DNA from: Carcharhinus amblyrhynchos
Lineage: Eukaryota
Direction of reading: 5' to 3'
Length of the DNA: 64,000 nucleotides
Assembly (NCBI GenBank): GCA_965287045.1
Contig: OZ336871.1
Location: forward strand, 18,476,001 to 18,540,000
In this document: piece after piece, positions 38,964-53,344 of the stretch
How positions within the stretch are numbered: the first letter of the stretch is position 1
Layout of the letters: each line of letters begins with the position of its first letter
Notes under the pieces: generated by a model
Seen by the model: the letters and a program-made list of their open reading frames with translations, nothing else
Databases searched by the model: none
What the model was told of the DNA's origin: nothing
Program-made: the position numbers and the translations under genes

Positions 38964-40259
38964 GGCCTGGATTTTCATCCCCGTGCCAAGCAGAAGGAGT
39001 GGGGATGGATGAAGCTGCAGCTGGGACAGGCGACCCAGGGAAAATTTGAAGGCAGCCACAGGGGTCATCAGGTGTGGAGGAGTGCTGTTTAAAAGGCCTG
39101 GCTCAGTGTAGTGGAACTTTGTCCCAATTAAAATGACAAGACAAAGACCCTCCAGCCAAAACTCCTCACCCGCCAAACTTGGTTCATGCCCCATCTATGC
39201 CACCTCATGCTCCCCCCCACCCCATTCTATATGGCCCTTCATGCCTCCAATTCCAAGCTCTAAACTTCCACCCATCCCCAAGGCCCCTCATGTCATCTAT
39301 GTCAAGATCTGCTCTTCCATCTATTTCCCCCACAACCCCTCTTGTCCCCTATGCCAAGTTCAGTCCTTAGACTCACACATATGAATCGTCCTGTCCGTTT
39401 GTCAAGCAATGGCACATCCCTACCCTCTAACTCACCACATGCTATATCGAACTAATGAACTCTGTAGTGGTAATAGAATGTAAAGCAAAGCTCTAAAAAG
39501 TAATTCATTCATAACTTCCGCTATGTTAAAAAATAATTTCATTTAGAAAGCAACAAACAAAAGTGTCAATCATGCGGACCCTTTAAAGAATCAATAACAA
39601 AACAACAAACTCTTGGAACCACTGAGTGTTGTATAAATAGACATGGTGAAATTGACAGCAGAGATCAGAGAGCTAGAGCTGTCAATCAAGTAATGTTTTC
39701 CATGGGGCACAGGTATTTCAACAAGTGTAATGGACCTCTAGGCTCTCAGCCAAGCTTACCTTATGAGAATTGTAATTAATATTGGTTCCATGGAGATTAT
39801 ACTGGGTCAATGATCATGAAAGTACCACAGCTTGATATTTCAGGGGCCATAGGGGTGAGCGCAAGTGTAGAGCTTGGCATTGAAGATATGAGGGGACTTG
39901 GAGGTATGAGGGACCATACGATTAGGAAGGGAAAGCCCAGCATAGGAGGCATCAGAACCATTAGGGGGTGGGTGAAAGGACAGAGCTTGGCACGAGAATC
40001 ATCTTTTGAGTTAAAAAAGACCCCTCTGGAAGCTACGACTTTTTTCAAACTTGCCCTGACTGTGAAAGTTGCTGAGGAATAGGACATGCCCATCTATGCA
40101 ATGGAGCCAGCCCATTTGGGATTTTGACAGGAACCAAATCCTTTAGAGGTACTTCCATAAATCAAACAGCCCAGGAATGACGTTGAATTCCAGGATTAGG
40201 ATTCGCCCACCATTTTTAAAGAGTTTGCGAGTCATCCTATTTCAATGAAGGTCCAGACC
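38964..40259. mobile_element. TIR-bounded non-autonomous DNA element (Harbinger-like)
   Basis: ggcctggattttcat ... atgaaggtccagacc inverted ends; C-rich left and G-rich right subterminal arms. Confidence 0.45.
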
Positions 40260-42094
40260 GACCCATCTGCAAACTCTCACCCGCAATAATTATCTTGAAG
40301 GAATATGAATGGAAGCCGTCTTCTATCCCATTAGTAAAACATCCAATCACCCTGGTACACAACTGGACGGAGACAAAGCATTAGGCCTAATCAGTTGGTC
40401 AATGGGACTGTGGTGATTATTGGAATGCGTCCAGACACAATCCAGTTACATAGACAGACAACTGGCCATGACTATATTTGGGTAACAGGTCAGTTGGTCG
40501 TGTGACATGTCAGCTAGCCCCTTTGTGTGTTTATGCACCTTTCTTCCCTATCAATTGGCACAAGCAAATGAGATGCTGAAGATTCAAGATCGTGAATGAA
40601 ACCCTCCCCTCTACCTCCCCCATCTCCCTCCCCACCACCTCTCTCCGCGTTCAACTTGCAAGTTTTGAACTCTGTCTGCCTGATTTTGACTATCCATATG
40701 CTGGAGACAGTGACCCTTTTTAAAGAATTCAACACAACTGACTCCAGCCAAACCCAGATAGACCACTGAGGGCGTGAGAGTGTGTGCACACATGTACGAG
40801 TTGGGGTGTTTTTAATCATTCTTCTTTGACCGGGTTAAGTATAATAAATATTTCATTTCTATAAAGTAAAACTCAACGAAACCACTCTGTGTGCCTTTTG
40901 CACCACACATAAACAATTATTAAATTGTTGATTATGTCCTTCAAAAGAATCTGTGCAGCCCAACCAGGAATGGGGGAAAAGGGAAGGCAATTCCACCCCC
41001 CCACCCCCTTGCTTTGAGATTGGGGTGCCCTTTAAAAACAGCACCCCAGGCCGGCTCTGTCAGGCCCTTTCCCACCAGAGTATAAGACATGCCCTCCTGC
41101 TTTGTTTTTTGACAAGGTGTCAGAAGATAAGGAGAGCAAACTCAGCTGTGTTTTTGGGAAGGAACACATTGGTTTTTCAGCCAGAACCTGCCTTTTTCTT
41201 TGGTAAATTCCACCCTGAATGTAAAATTCTGGCCAATGGCCAGATAGCAATTCTCAGAACCTTGGTTTTGTAGTAAAGCGAGTTATCTGACAAGCCTCAA
41301 GACAAACTTTCAAAGTCCAAGACTGACATTTAATCTTATATGATATTATCTAAAATGCTCTTATCCTGGTAATTGTTGATTATTACTGCAAAATCGGTAG
41401 TTTGGAGATAAAAGAAAAAATAATTTAGGAGCACGTTACACATTCTGGATAAACATTTTTACAATATGGTAAACATCTTAAAAAATGTCATTAAATGAAC
41501 CGCTTGTGAAAGGATGACAAAGCACTCACATTGATATGGGAGCTAGATCCATGGGTAGCGTGGTTTAATTTTGTCCAGTACTCCTGAGCTAGTATAGGGA
41601 ATAACCCCCACTGTCTAATTCTTTGGAGCACCCTTAATGTAGAAAGATGTTTAACACAATCCAGAACAAAGCAATCCACTTCACCCATTCACCTCATACA
41701 TTCATTTACTGCACTACTGGCACTCTGTGGCTGCAGTATATTGTCTATAGGATTCACTGCAACAAATCACAAAGATGTCTTAGGATACATCTCCAAAACA
41801 TGTGACCTAGATGCTGGAGTGGAGTTTGAACTTTCGATATTCAGCCCCAGAGGTACACATGCTTCTAACTATATCAACAAGATCATGAAAAGATAATTTT
41901 CATACATCTTGCGGATGCAATGTTGAATTAAGGACTGTTTCGGGTGGATATAAAAGATCCCATGGATCTAACTCAAGGAAGAGAATGGGAACCATCCTGA
42001 CCAAAGTTAACTCCCAACTGATATCACAAGAAACAAATTTTCTGGCCGTTACCATTTGTGGAAGTTTGCCATGTTGGTTGCCTACATTAGGTAC

Positions 42095-44773
42095 TGTTAA
42101 GACCAGGCCAGGAACTCCAAGGTGTTTTATGAAGGTAGCCTAGAACCTAAGTTTTACCATTTGATTTTGGCACTGATGCACATGTGGTGTTTCACTTCAG
42201 ATATGATTCAAGTGACTCACAGGCCACAAGGAAATTTTTTAATCAAACAAAATTTATGTAAGAACACTGTTAAAATATAATGAAAAGAATTAGCATAACT
42301 TTTACCAATTACAAGACTTAAACATGGCACACTATAATTCTTAACAGCTGACTATCTCTGTTGTTCCAACTTAAAAACAATACCCTATAGACATACACTC
42401 ATCTTTAGAATTATTTAGCATTAAGACAGGATGTAATCATGTGACACTATAGAACAAACAAAGAAAATTACAGCACAGGCATAGGCCCTTCAGCCCTCCA
42501 AGCCTGCACCGACCATGCTGCCCATCTTAACTAAAACCTTCTACCCTTCTGGGGACCATATCCCTCTATTCCTATCCTATTCATGTATTTGTCAAGACGC
42601 CCCTTAAAAATCACTACTGTATTGACTTCCACTAGCCACCAAGCCCCCCCGCCCCACTGCCAACCACCCCCCCACCCTCCCCATTCCCAGCAACGAGTTC
42701 CAGGCACTCACTACTCTCTGTGAACATCTGCCTAGTACATCTCCTTTAAACCTTGCGCCTTGCCCCTTAAACCTGTGCCCACCAGTAACTGAATCTTCCA
42801 CCCTGGGAAAAAAAGCTTCTGATATGCGCTCTGTCTATGCCTCGCATAATCTTGTAGGCTTCTATCAGGTCTCCCCTCAACTTCCGTTGTTCCAGTGAGA
42901 ACAAAAGTTTCTCCAACCTCTCCTCAAAGCAAATGCCCTCCATACCAGGCAACATCCTGGTAAATCTTTTCTGTACCCTCTCCAAAGTCTCCACAGCCTT
43001 CCGGTAGTGTGGCGACCAGAATTGAACACTATATTCCAAGTGCGGCCTAACTAAGGTTCTATAAAGCTATAACATGACTTGCCAATTTTTAAACTCAATG
43101 CCCTGGCTGACGAAGGCAAGCATGCCGTATGCCTTCTTGACTATCTTCTCCACTTGCATTGCCACTTTCAGTGACCTGTGTACCTGTACACCCAGATCCC
43201 TTTGCCTATCAATACTCTTAACGGTTCTGCCATTTACTGTATATTTCCTATCTGTATTAGACCTTCCAAAATGCATTACCTCATGTCCGGATTAAACTCC
43301 AAATGCCAGCTCTCTGCCCAAATCTCCAACCGATCCATGTCCTGCTGTATCCTCCGATGGTCCTCATCACTATCTGCAAATCCACCAACCTTTGTGTCAT
43401 CCACAAACTTACTAATCAAACCAGTTACATTTTCCTCCAAATCATTTATATATATTACAAACAACAGCACTGATCCCTGAGGAATGCCAGTTGTCACAGC
43501 CCTCTATTCAGAAACGCACCCTTCTACTGCTACCCTCTGTCTTCTTTTGTACCCATTTTGCCAGCTCACCTCTGATCCCATGTAACTTCACCTTCTGCAC
43601 CAGTCTGCTACAAGGGACCTTGTCAAAGGCCTTACTGAAGTCCATGTAGACAACATCCACTGCCCTAACCTCAATCATCTTTGTCACTGCCTCACTATGT
43701 CACATGATACAAGATTTCCAATTTTTAACACTAATAAACACGGATCCAAACAGCCGTTTTTGAAAAAGAATATATCCTCAAGACAGCAAAACTGAGAAGT
43801 AAACCTAATCTCTAGCAGCTTCCAATCTTCAGACTTCAGAGACAGGAATGATACCTCTCTCTCTGAAGCTTCGAAACAACATCACTCAGATAGCAGAATC
43901 TTTAACTCCTGAGAGGGGAGCTTCAGAAACACTGCTCTCTCTCTCAAGTCCAAACAGCATCTGAAAAGCAGCAACTAAGCTGGAAGTCTCTGTGAAAGCA
44001 TAACTGTCCCCAGTCATATGACCTGACTTGTCAATTATCCCAATCAAACTCTACTTTACAATCCCAGGGGAACACTGAAACAACAGAACACTGCATTACT
44101 TCAGATTAAGACATGATGTCAATTGTACTGCTTCAGTGACAGTAGAGGAAACTGACTTGCCTCCTCCTTCCCCCTCCCGAAAATGGTTGGGTCTTCCTTC
44201 TCCCACCACCCACCCACCCCTCCCCCACCCCCGCCACCCGAGGTACATCTGACCCACCTCCTCCACCCCTCAACCCCTCCAGAGAATGATCGGGCCTCTC
44301 CCCCTACCCCGCCAGAGATGCATCTGACCCGCCTCCTCCTCCCTCTACCCCCTACCCCTCCCCAGAGAATGATCTGACCTGCCTCCCCCTCCTCCTCCTG
44401 ATCTGAGTCAGAGAGCCATTGGAAGCTCTGAACTTACCTCTGCAGAAGGTGGAGCACCCGAAACAGACCTCTTCCCGAGCATATCTGTTTCGTGCCGAAT
44501 CTGGGCGGGCAAACATGATGATGAAGGGGGAAATGCTGATAAAGTTGGGCGGGCAACCCATTAATTCAATTTAAATGCATGCAAATACATGCCATTGCGC
44601 CTGTTTCGGGCACAAATTGGATCATAGCTATTTTCGGGCCTTGGTAAAGTGGGCATCTGCGCCGACGTGGGTGTAGATCGCATTAATGGCCTCACATCCA
44701 ACTTCACCATGTTGCAATGGTAAAATCGGGCCCATAGTTAAAATACATTACTTAAAGGCACAATATCAATACA
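42095..44773 (-). mobile_element. Solo LTR (same family as 23873-24640) carrying two nested insertions
   Basis: tgttaagacc start and aaaggcacaatatcaataca end align with the first copy; interrupted by a CR1 (42451-43692) and a Harbinger-type fragment (~44160-44733). Confidence 0.7.
42451..43692 (-). mobile_element. CR1 LINE, 5'-truncated, frameshifted RT
   Basis: TGIPQGSVL, KFVDDTK, MHFGRSN, YSVQFWSPHYRK motifs; flanked by CACTAT at 42445-42450 and 43693-43698. Confidence 0.9.
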
Positions 44774-47529
44774 ATATGCAACACCCTTAAAATAAAAGTT
44801 TATTCTGTGCATTGATCACTGCAGAACTTAGTGACAACTTGCCATTTTACCTCTGTTCCCTTGTTGCCCCCTGCAAATTTAGTTAATATTATTTTCTGGA
44901 TTTTTTTCCCATGCTGTCAACTATCTCTGCCTCAATAAACTCAAGTTGCAAAATTAAACTGACAATCTCCCTGACGCGAGGTAGCAAGTAGCAAAAAAAT
45001 AAATTGAGAAAGTTAACAGGATGCAGAAATAACCATGACTATCAGTTAGAGATGGTTATTCTGACGAGTGATCTGGTCAGTGTCTGGTGTTGGTCACTAG
45101 ATTACAAGAGGGGCATTCAGAGCAAAACAGAACAATCAGGTTGATCTACCCCCCCCCCCCCCCCCCACCCCCGCATTCTCCCCCACCCTGCTGTGTTGAG
45201 GTCAGGTCATGAGAAGTGGATAGATTTGGGCATTCCAGCCTAGAGGTAATATTATTGAGGTAGAGATAGTCATGTTTATTTCAGCATCCTGTTAACTTTC
45301 TCAATTTATTGTTTGCTACTTGCTACCCAGACAAAGCCTACGCAAACAGGGGGAGAATGTGCCAACTCCACACAGAAAGTGACCCAAGCTGGGAATGGAA
45401 CCCAGGTCCTTGGAGTTGTGAGGTAGCAGTGCTGTGCCACTGTGCCGCCCAACGTCATGCCAACGTGAGTCACTACTTGAAAACCAGTCGTGCTCGCCAC
45501 ACCGGGGGAATGACGTGGGATAATGCCAAGGGCGCACATCCAAAGGAGCACATGCGGGGAGTTACCCTCCTCCATTGAGGGGAGGTTCCCCTTCTGCATG
45601 AGGAGGTAGGGCGGTGTTCCCCTTCACCACCATGGAGTCCCGATGTCCATGAAGGAAGTGTCCCAGTGTCCACTGGGCAGGGGGGAGATGGAAAGGCAAG
45701 GGGATGGGTGGGCTTGCATTTAACTTTTGGCGTTGATGGCATGGGTAGGCCTCATCCCCCTGCTGGCTGCGTGATCCACGCCAGCACTCTAAAATTGTAT
45801 AGAGCGCCGTAAAAGGTGGCTGGGACATCTGTAAGTTTTACACAACTTTTCTTGCCTGACCCAACACTTGGGAATATTGTACCCTAATTGTCTCTCTTCA
45901 TGGCCGAAATTTTACCACCTCATCCGCCCCAGAATCGGGGTGGGCAAAGCTCGCAGTGTGGCATTTTGCGTTGGCCTCAGATGGGATCTTATAAGCCTCG
46001 GGCAGGCAAGGCAGTAAAATTCCAGCAAATGTGTCCAAGTCAAACGCGAATTAATGATCTCCACATGATTAATCACAAATGATAAATGACTAACAAGAAT
46101 GGTTTGGCAGTGAAGGCAGAAGCAAAATAGTGTGCATTAATTCTTGATGAATGAAAGAGGGGCCAAATGATCTTTTTTAACTGGTAACTATTCTGTCATG
46201 CTTGTATATGGGTCATTATTCAGTGAGCAATACATTTTCCATTGATTGGCAGTTCCATTCTTCATTACATCCTTCATTCTAAAATCTAAGTGCTAAATGA
46301 AATGGCAACAGTGAGTGACTTTAATTATACAGTAACGGACCAGGGAGGCAGATGGTACATATTATGTCGTGATGTGGCACAAGGCTAATTCAAATATAGA
46401 AACAGTGATTTGGATTTTAAAATGTGAAACTCAGCCTTTGGGCTTATTTCATAATGACTTTCTGTTATATTATTAAAATTAATCGATAAGCATTTGTCAG
46501 GGAGTTGAGTTTTTTCATTCTGTCACAGTGTGTGGGTGTCACTAGCTAGGCCAGCATTTATTGTCCATCCCTAATTGCCTGCAAGTAGGTGGTGGTGAGC
46601 TGTCTTTGCGAACTGCTGCAGTCCATTTGGTGAACACACAGACACGGTGCTGCTCGGAGTTCAGGTTTGCAAGACGATGTTCAGGGATCAACGTAAAACT
46701 TTGGAGAAAGACGGGAGGGGATGCATGGAGATGAAATGTTACAAATAGCTTCTACGGTTTGCAAAAGGCCAAGTGGTGTATTATTCCAGCAGGGTGGCAC
46801 AGTGGCTAGCTCTGCTGCCTCACAGCACCAGGGTTCAACTCTGGCCTCAGGTCACTATCTGGCAGAGTTTGCATGCTCACCCCGTGTCTGTGTGGGTTTC
46901 CTCTGGGTGCTCTGATTTGCTCCCACAGTTCAAAATGAGGTTAGTTTGATTGACAATGCTAAATTGACCCTTGTGTCAGGGGGATAAGCAGGGCAAATAT
47001 GTGGGGTTACAAGAATAGGGCTTGGGTGGGATTGTGGTCCGTGCAGATCCAGTGGGCCGAATAGCCTCCGAAAGGATTCTATGATTCTGTAATCTCTGAC
47101 AGGTCAAATCAATGCTTTTGATTTAAATTAAGTCAATCAATCTCCAAATGCTTTCAAACACTCTTACTACGCAACAATTCAAACAGGTGGTTTGCAGGAG
47201 TTTCTTCTTCAATTGGTGATTTATTTTAACCTTGGGCCTGATTTTCCTTCCTGCCGGTGACATCTGCAAGTCCTGCCCAAGACAACGCCCCCCACCCCCG
47301 TGTTGGTTTTCTGGCAATTGAATGGACAAACCACACAAAATGCCATGGACATCGGTGGGACTGGAAGGTCCCACCAGTGGCCACTGGGGGCTGCCTCTGC
47401 TGCTGGGATAAAAGTTATGGGGTAGGAGCTGGAAAATGCCGCCACTGGATTCGATCTTCAACTCCCTGCATGAAACAGAGAGCCTATTAAAAAGAAATCT
47501 GCAAATTTTCTTTCCTTTCCTGAATGAGG

Positions 47530-48730
47530 CATAGAGTAGAATAGAGTGGGGAGGTAAGGCTAGAAATGTATAAAAAGTAGTCAGGGACCATCTCGAGGAC
47601 CATGTACTGTTCTGACCACACTACAGGAAAGATGTGATCGTACTCAAGAAGATACGGAGCAGACTTACAAAGATGCTGCCAGGACTGGAGAAGTTAAGTT
47701 CAAGGAAAGATCAGATCAGGTAGGGTTGTTTTCTTTGGAAGACAAGAGACAGAGTAGAGATTTAATTGGAGTGTACAAAATTATGTGAGCCTGGATAGAA
47801 ATGACTCATCTCCCTTAGTAGAGAACTCAATCAGGGAGAAAGATTAAAAGTAATTGATGGTAGGATTGGAATATAGGAACATAGTACTGAGGAGCAGGAC
47901 TAGGCCATTTGGCCTTTCAAGCCTGTTCTGCCATTCAGTAAGGTCATAATTCATCTGGTTGTGGTCTCAACTTCTTTCCCCCATAACCTCTGATCCCTTG
48001 TCTGTCAAAAATCTACCAAACTCAGGACTGAGTAAATTCAACCGCCCAGCTTCCATTGCTTTCTGGGGAGGAGAATTTCACAAAATAATGACCCACTGAG
48101 AGACAACATGTCTCCTACGTTGGTCCTGAAAGGGCAGCATGGTGGCACAGTGGTTAACACTGCTGCCTCACAGCACCAGGATCATGTATTCAATTCTGGC
48201 CTTGGGGGTGACTGTCTGTGTGAAGTTTGCACATTCTCCCCATGTCTGCTTGGGTTTCCTCCAGATGCTTGTTAGGTGGATTGGCTGTGCTAAATAGCCC
48301 CTTAGTGTCCCAGGATATGTAGGTTTATGGGGTTACAAGGGCTCTGTTGGACGGTTGGTGCAGACCCAATGGATCAAATGCTCTCCTTCTGCACTGTAGA
48401 GATTCTATGAACATAAACTTTGTCTCCTGGTTCTAGTTTCCCCCACATTAAGTAACATCCCTCCAATATCCATCCAAGAAATCTGCCCAGAATCTGTGCA
48501 ATTTAATAAAATTATCCCTAATTCTTCTAAACTCCAACTGGTACAGACCCAATCTGTCCAGTCTTTCTTTTCCCATACGGAAGATGAGAGTAAATCATTG
48601 TCTAAAAGAGCAGTAGAGGCTGAAACCTTCATCGCATTTGAGCAGCACTTGTGCATTTTAACTGCCATAGCAAACAGGAAAATAGACCACACAAGTTAAA
48701 ATGATGGAATAGACTTGATAGCTCTTTTTC
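47530..48730. mobile_element. Cluster of old CR1 fragments in both orientations with a nested V-SINE
   Basis: Plus-strand CR1 ORF2 remnant at ~47530-47870, minus-strand CR1 tail from ~47872, SINE at 48132-48409. Confidence 0.6.
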
Positions 48731-50329
48731 AACCATTTGTTATGATCTCAGTTGAGACCAGTAATTTGTTTTTAAAAGTAGAAGAGATCTGGCATCTCAA
48801 CTATTTATGAAAAGAATGAAGCCCCAAACTTCCATGGTTTAAAACAAAATTATTTTATTTTACAAGTGTCAAGCAAAGTCAATAGTAAATATTTGGTAAT
48901 CACTTATAATCCAAAACACATAAGTCAACATTAGTTAAACATGAATTAGCAGGCAAATTTCAGTTGATTAGAAGCTATAAATTACATATTAAATGACAGA
49001 TACAACTAAGATCTTACAAATTGGCTCAGCAGTCTATTTAGCTTAAAAGGTCAAATCCAGTCACAAAGGCCTTGAAAACTCTATCTTCCTTTTGAAGAAC
49101 TTCAGTTCCTCCTCTTCCAGGGTGTAGCTTGATCCCCAGTCTATAGCAGTGCCCAACCAACCCATCAAAAATGGCACATTTGCAGAATATCATCAACTTA
49201 GTCTGGATGATGTAGATCCACCAATGCGATCTTAAAAGTAATAGAAGCGTTTGTAGCAATTGTGTATTTGATATTCTCAGAGTCTGCATCCAGCCTCTCT
49301 CTTCTTCAGCCTGCCTGAACTGCACCACTGGACTCATCGGCCACTATTGTGTGCTTTGAGTGCTCCCTGTGTCTCTGCATAATTTCAACCAGGTTAAGTC
49401 TCTCCAGAAGTTCTGCTTTCTGATCTCAGTTTCCTTTGAAACTAGAAGGGTCCATTTCTTTTCTCAACTGCCCTTTGAGTTTCCCTTTCCAATTAGGGTC
49501 AGTCTTAAAAATATAAGATTTGGTCACAGATTCCATCACACAGCACAGGCACAAGGCCAAATGATCTCCTTCTGCTCCGTAGATTTTCTACATTATGTTC
49601 AAATGCTTGTTGTTAAAACGAGGCTGATAGTAAATGCTGAGCTGTTCAAACCCCAAAGAAAACTTGAAGCAGCTGCCAAAATGTTTTTTGCAATTTGTAC
49701 ATTGTGAGGAAGTATTCTAAAATCAGCAAATGATGTTTCCAACTAACTGTGATAATTTCATATAAAAATGAATGTTTATTAAAAAAAAGAGAAGTTTAAG
49801 CATAAGAATGGCTTCGCACAGTTAACAATACTTTAAAACAGCTGTAAAAGATCTTACATACACTCAGAGCTAAACTTCCCTTTTCAAATCTATAAAATGT
49901 CAGCAATTACACCACACTGCTCTTTTGCTCTTGAAGTATCCTCTGAAGCTGACAGAAAATGGTTCTCCAGGTCAGGCCTTATCTATACTGTCCTCGGAGA
50001 GATCTGACCAGCTACCCCACTGCCTCCTGAGAGATTTAGGCAGCTATTCCTCACACTGCCTTCCATTATTTTCTTAAAAGCATTCCTTCCCTTTGATCTC
50101 TCTAGCCTCTATTATTTCACCCTGAATCTCAGAAGTGCCCTTTTACTGGAACTGATTGAATTTCTCTCCTTACTTTAGCTCCTATATTTTAAAAAGTAAA
50201 CTTACTCTATCTTTGCCTTAACCTACTTACATTTTGTTACATCTTGTATATGTCCCCATTTGAACTGAGACAGCCTACTTCAAAACTGTGGTGGTGTATT
50301 CAGATTTGATTCCAAGCAGATTCACTACA

Positions 50330-51500
50330 AGTCGCACCATTTCCATCTCACGCTGGACTTGGCACTGTGAATCGATTAGCACTTCCACAATTTGGGCATG
50401 TTTTTAAAGGTACCTGACATGATGGAACATGTGTTGATGAGATTGCAAAAGTCTCTTTGTCCATCACCCTTGCCCTGCACTGGGTGGGCCAGATGAGTCT
50501 GTAACCCAGAGTCTTTCTGAACCCTGCAAATCAAATTTGATTTGGACTGCCAAGGTCTTGGTTTTTTTCAAGGTCAAATCATCTTCCTACATGGGCAGTC
50601 ACTCTCTAATTTGTGGAATTGGAATCCTTTCAATTAATTAGCCACAAATCTATTTATTTGTTAGAGTCCTAAATTTACAGTAGAAACCAATTGCCACAAT
50701 GATGTTATAGAACATAGAACATAGAACATTACAGCGCAGAACAGGCCCTTCGGCCCACGATGTTGCGCCGACCAGCTTTTAAAAAAACACTAACCCACTA
50801 ATCTAAACCAATCCCATTTCGTCCATAAACCTATCCACAGATCTCTTAAACGCCCCCAAACTAGGCGCATTTACAACTGCAGCTGGCAGGGCATTCCAGT
50901 CCCTCACCACCCTCTGGGTAAAGAACCTACCCCTGACATCAGTCCTATAACTACCCCCCCTTAATTTAAAGCCGTGCCCCCTCGTGCTAGCTTTCTCCAT
51001 CCTAGGAAAAAGGCTATCACTATCCACCCTGTCTAAACCTCTAATCATCTTATATGTTTCAATAAGGTCCCCTCTTAGCCGCCTTCTTTCCAGCGAAAAC
51101 AACCCCAAATCTCTCAGTCTCTCCTCATAGGATCTCCCCTCCATACCAGGCAACATCCTGGTAAACCTCCTCTGCACCCTCTCCAAAGCCTCTACATCCT
51201 TCCTGTAATGTGGGGACCAGAACTGCACACAATACTCCAAGTGCGGCCGCACTTGTTTTAAGAGCTCACTATTTCTGTGGCATCTCCGATGGAATGAATT
51301 TCATTCAACCATCACACTTTTCTTTGACAAAGTATTTTTCAACAGTGCTTACTGCCGTAACAAATGTAGATATGTCTTCTGTGAACTACTCGAGTATTCG
51401 CTTACCTCCCACTCTGAGACAATGCATGAGTGTGGCTTTCTTGCAAATCACTGTTACATCTGGACTGTCTTACAGCTCTTTTCTTCAGCTAATTCTCCAA
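50330..51500 (-). pseudogene. Ty3/Gypsy gag relic split by a young CR1
   Basis: Minus frames KATLMHCLRVGGKRIL...KSVMVE*NSFHRR...ELLKQ, then after the CR1 CKFRTLT...LIERIP.PQIRE*L..EDDLTLKK..TLAVQI; resembles Gypsy gag LHCLGxEGQRIF / IRDQLIE..IRERLL motifs. Confidence 0.6.
50707..51252 (-). mobile_element. Young 5'-truncated CR1 LINE
   Basis: 149-aa stop-free frame RPHLEYCVQFWSPHYRKD...FFTQRVVRDWNALP; clean (atagaac)n tail repeat; CpGs retained. Confidence 0.92.
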
Positions 51501-51689
51501 CTTACTTTTTTCAGAGACTACACCCAGGCTTAACAAATTGAGCACAGCGAGCATCGCTAGTAAGTAGGCTCATGTAATCAAACACAGAACAATTGATACT
51601 ACAATATCCATGTCACCCATTTCATGGGACATCCAATACATGTAGCTGGGGCTTAGCAGAAATTGAAATCTTTAAGAATGGAGTGGAGA

Positions 51690-52330
51690 TAGAGTCAAGG
51701 GTCTACAGCATAGAAACAGGTCCTTTGGCCCAACTTGTCTATGCCACCCAGTTTTTACCCCAAAGCTGGTCTCAGTTGCCCGCATTTGGCCCAAACCCCT
51801 CTATACCTATCTTGCCCATCTAATTGTCTAAATGCTTTTTAAAAGACAAAATTGTACCCGCCTCTACTACTGCATCTGGTAGCTCATTCCAGACATTCAC
51901 TACCCTCTGTGAAAAATTGCCCCTCTGGACCCTTTCAAATCTCTCCCCTCACCTTAAACCTATGCCCTCTAGTTTTAGAGTCCCCTATCTTTGGGAAAAG
52001 ATGTAGACTAGCTACCTTATCTATGCCCCTCATTATTTTATAGACCTCAAAAAGATCACCCCCAAGACTCCTGCACTCCAGAGAAAAAAAGCCCCAGTCT
52101 ATCCAGCCTCTCCTTATAACTCAAACCATCAAGTCTCGGTAGCATCCTAGTAAATCTTTTCTGCACTCTTTCCAGTTTAATAATATTCTTTCTATAGTAG
52201 GATGATCAGATTAGTTCACAGTATTCTAAGTAATGTCTTGTTCAACTTCAACATGATGTCCCAACTCCTGTGTTCAGTGTTCTGACCAGTGGAACCAAGC
52301 ATGCAAAATGCTTTCTTCACCACCTTCTTG
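51690..52330 (-). mobile_element. CR1 LINE 3' fragment
   Basis: Tail atagagtcaagggtctacagcatagaaacagg and decayed ORF2 end. Confidence 0.8.
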
Positions 52331-53344
52331 ATATCACACAAAGTTTTGGCCTCAACAACTTTCTGTGGGAGTGAATTCTACACATTCACCCTCTCTGGGA
52401 GAAGAAACTTCTCCTCACTTCAATTCTAAAAGGTTTACCCTCTTACCCTCAAAGAAATGGTATCCTAAAGGCGGCATCAACAACAGTTCAGCATTCCCTC
52501 GGCACAGTTCTGAACCACCGGTGTGGCATTCTGCGCATAACTCTTGGTGTAGAATGGCAGTAGACGGGAGTGTTTGCACTGAGTTGGGCTGATTCTACAT
52601 CAGCCTGTAATGTAACAGTGTAATCTTTATAAAGTTTTGCCACATTCCTGGATTGTGAAAATATTCTTCCCCAGTGGATGTTCCAAAGTGATCTCTAAAA
52701 TAGCATAATGGGACCTTTCACAGCCAAATAAGTGGGCATCCATTTTAGTTCTCATCTGACTGAGCAAAAATCCCTCAATACTGCACTGGAGTGTCAGATA
52801 TTGTGTCCAGCGGCAATTATAAAAAGCATACCCATAGGGATCCTTTTGGAAAATTAAAGAACAGTCAGAACTTCCAACAACAAAGTAAAACCCAGCTTGT
52901 TTTTCATTTAACAAAAGGCCCATGAGCTTAAACAAACAGCAGACATATTGGGGGTAGGGTTAATATCATTGGACTAGTAATCCACAGGGTCAGCTAAATG
53001 CTACGGGGACCTGGGCCCAAATCCCACCACGGCAGCTGGTGGAATTTGAATCCAGTCTCAGAAATGATGATAATGAAACTATTTACGACTGTCATAAAAA
53101 ATCCTCTCCTTCCTGAATGTCCTTTAGGAAAGGAAATCCACCATCCTTACCAGGTCTGGCCTACATGTGACACCAGATCCAAAGCAATGCATTTGATTCT
53201 TATATGCCCTCTGAAATGACCTAATAAACTATTCAGTTCAAGGGATGGGCAACAAATGTTGGCCTTGCCAATGATGCCCAGATCCCATGAAAGAAAGTTG
53301 CAGGTTGGTACTGAATTGGTGAAGCTTAATTACAGTGCTAAAAG

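Noticed and set aside
48738-50300. Possible additional LTR(s) next to the Gypsy gag relic
   Set aside because: Starts with TG and is AT-rich, but I could not define the other end or find a second copy.
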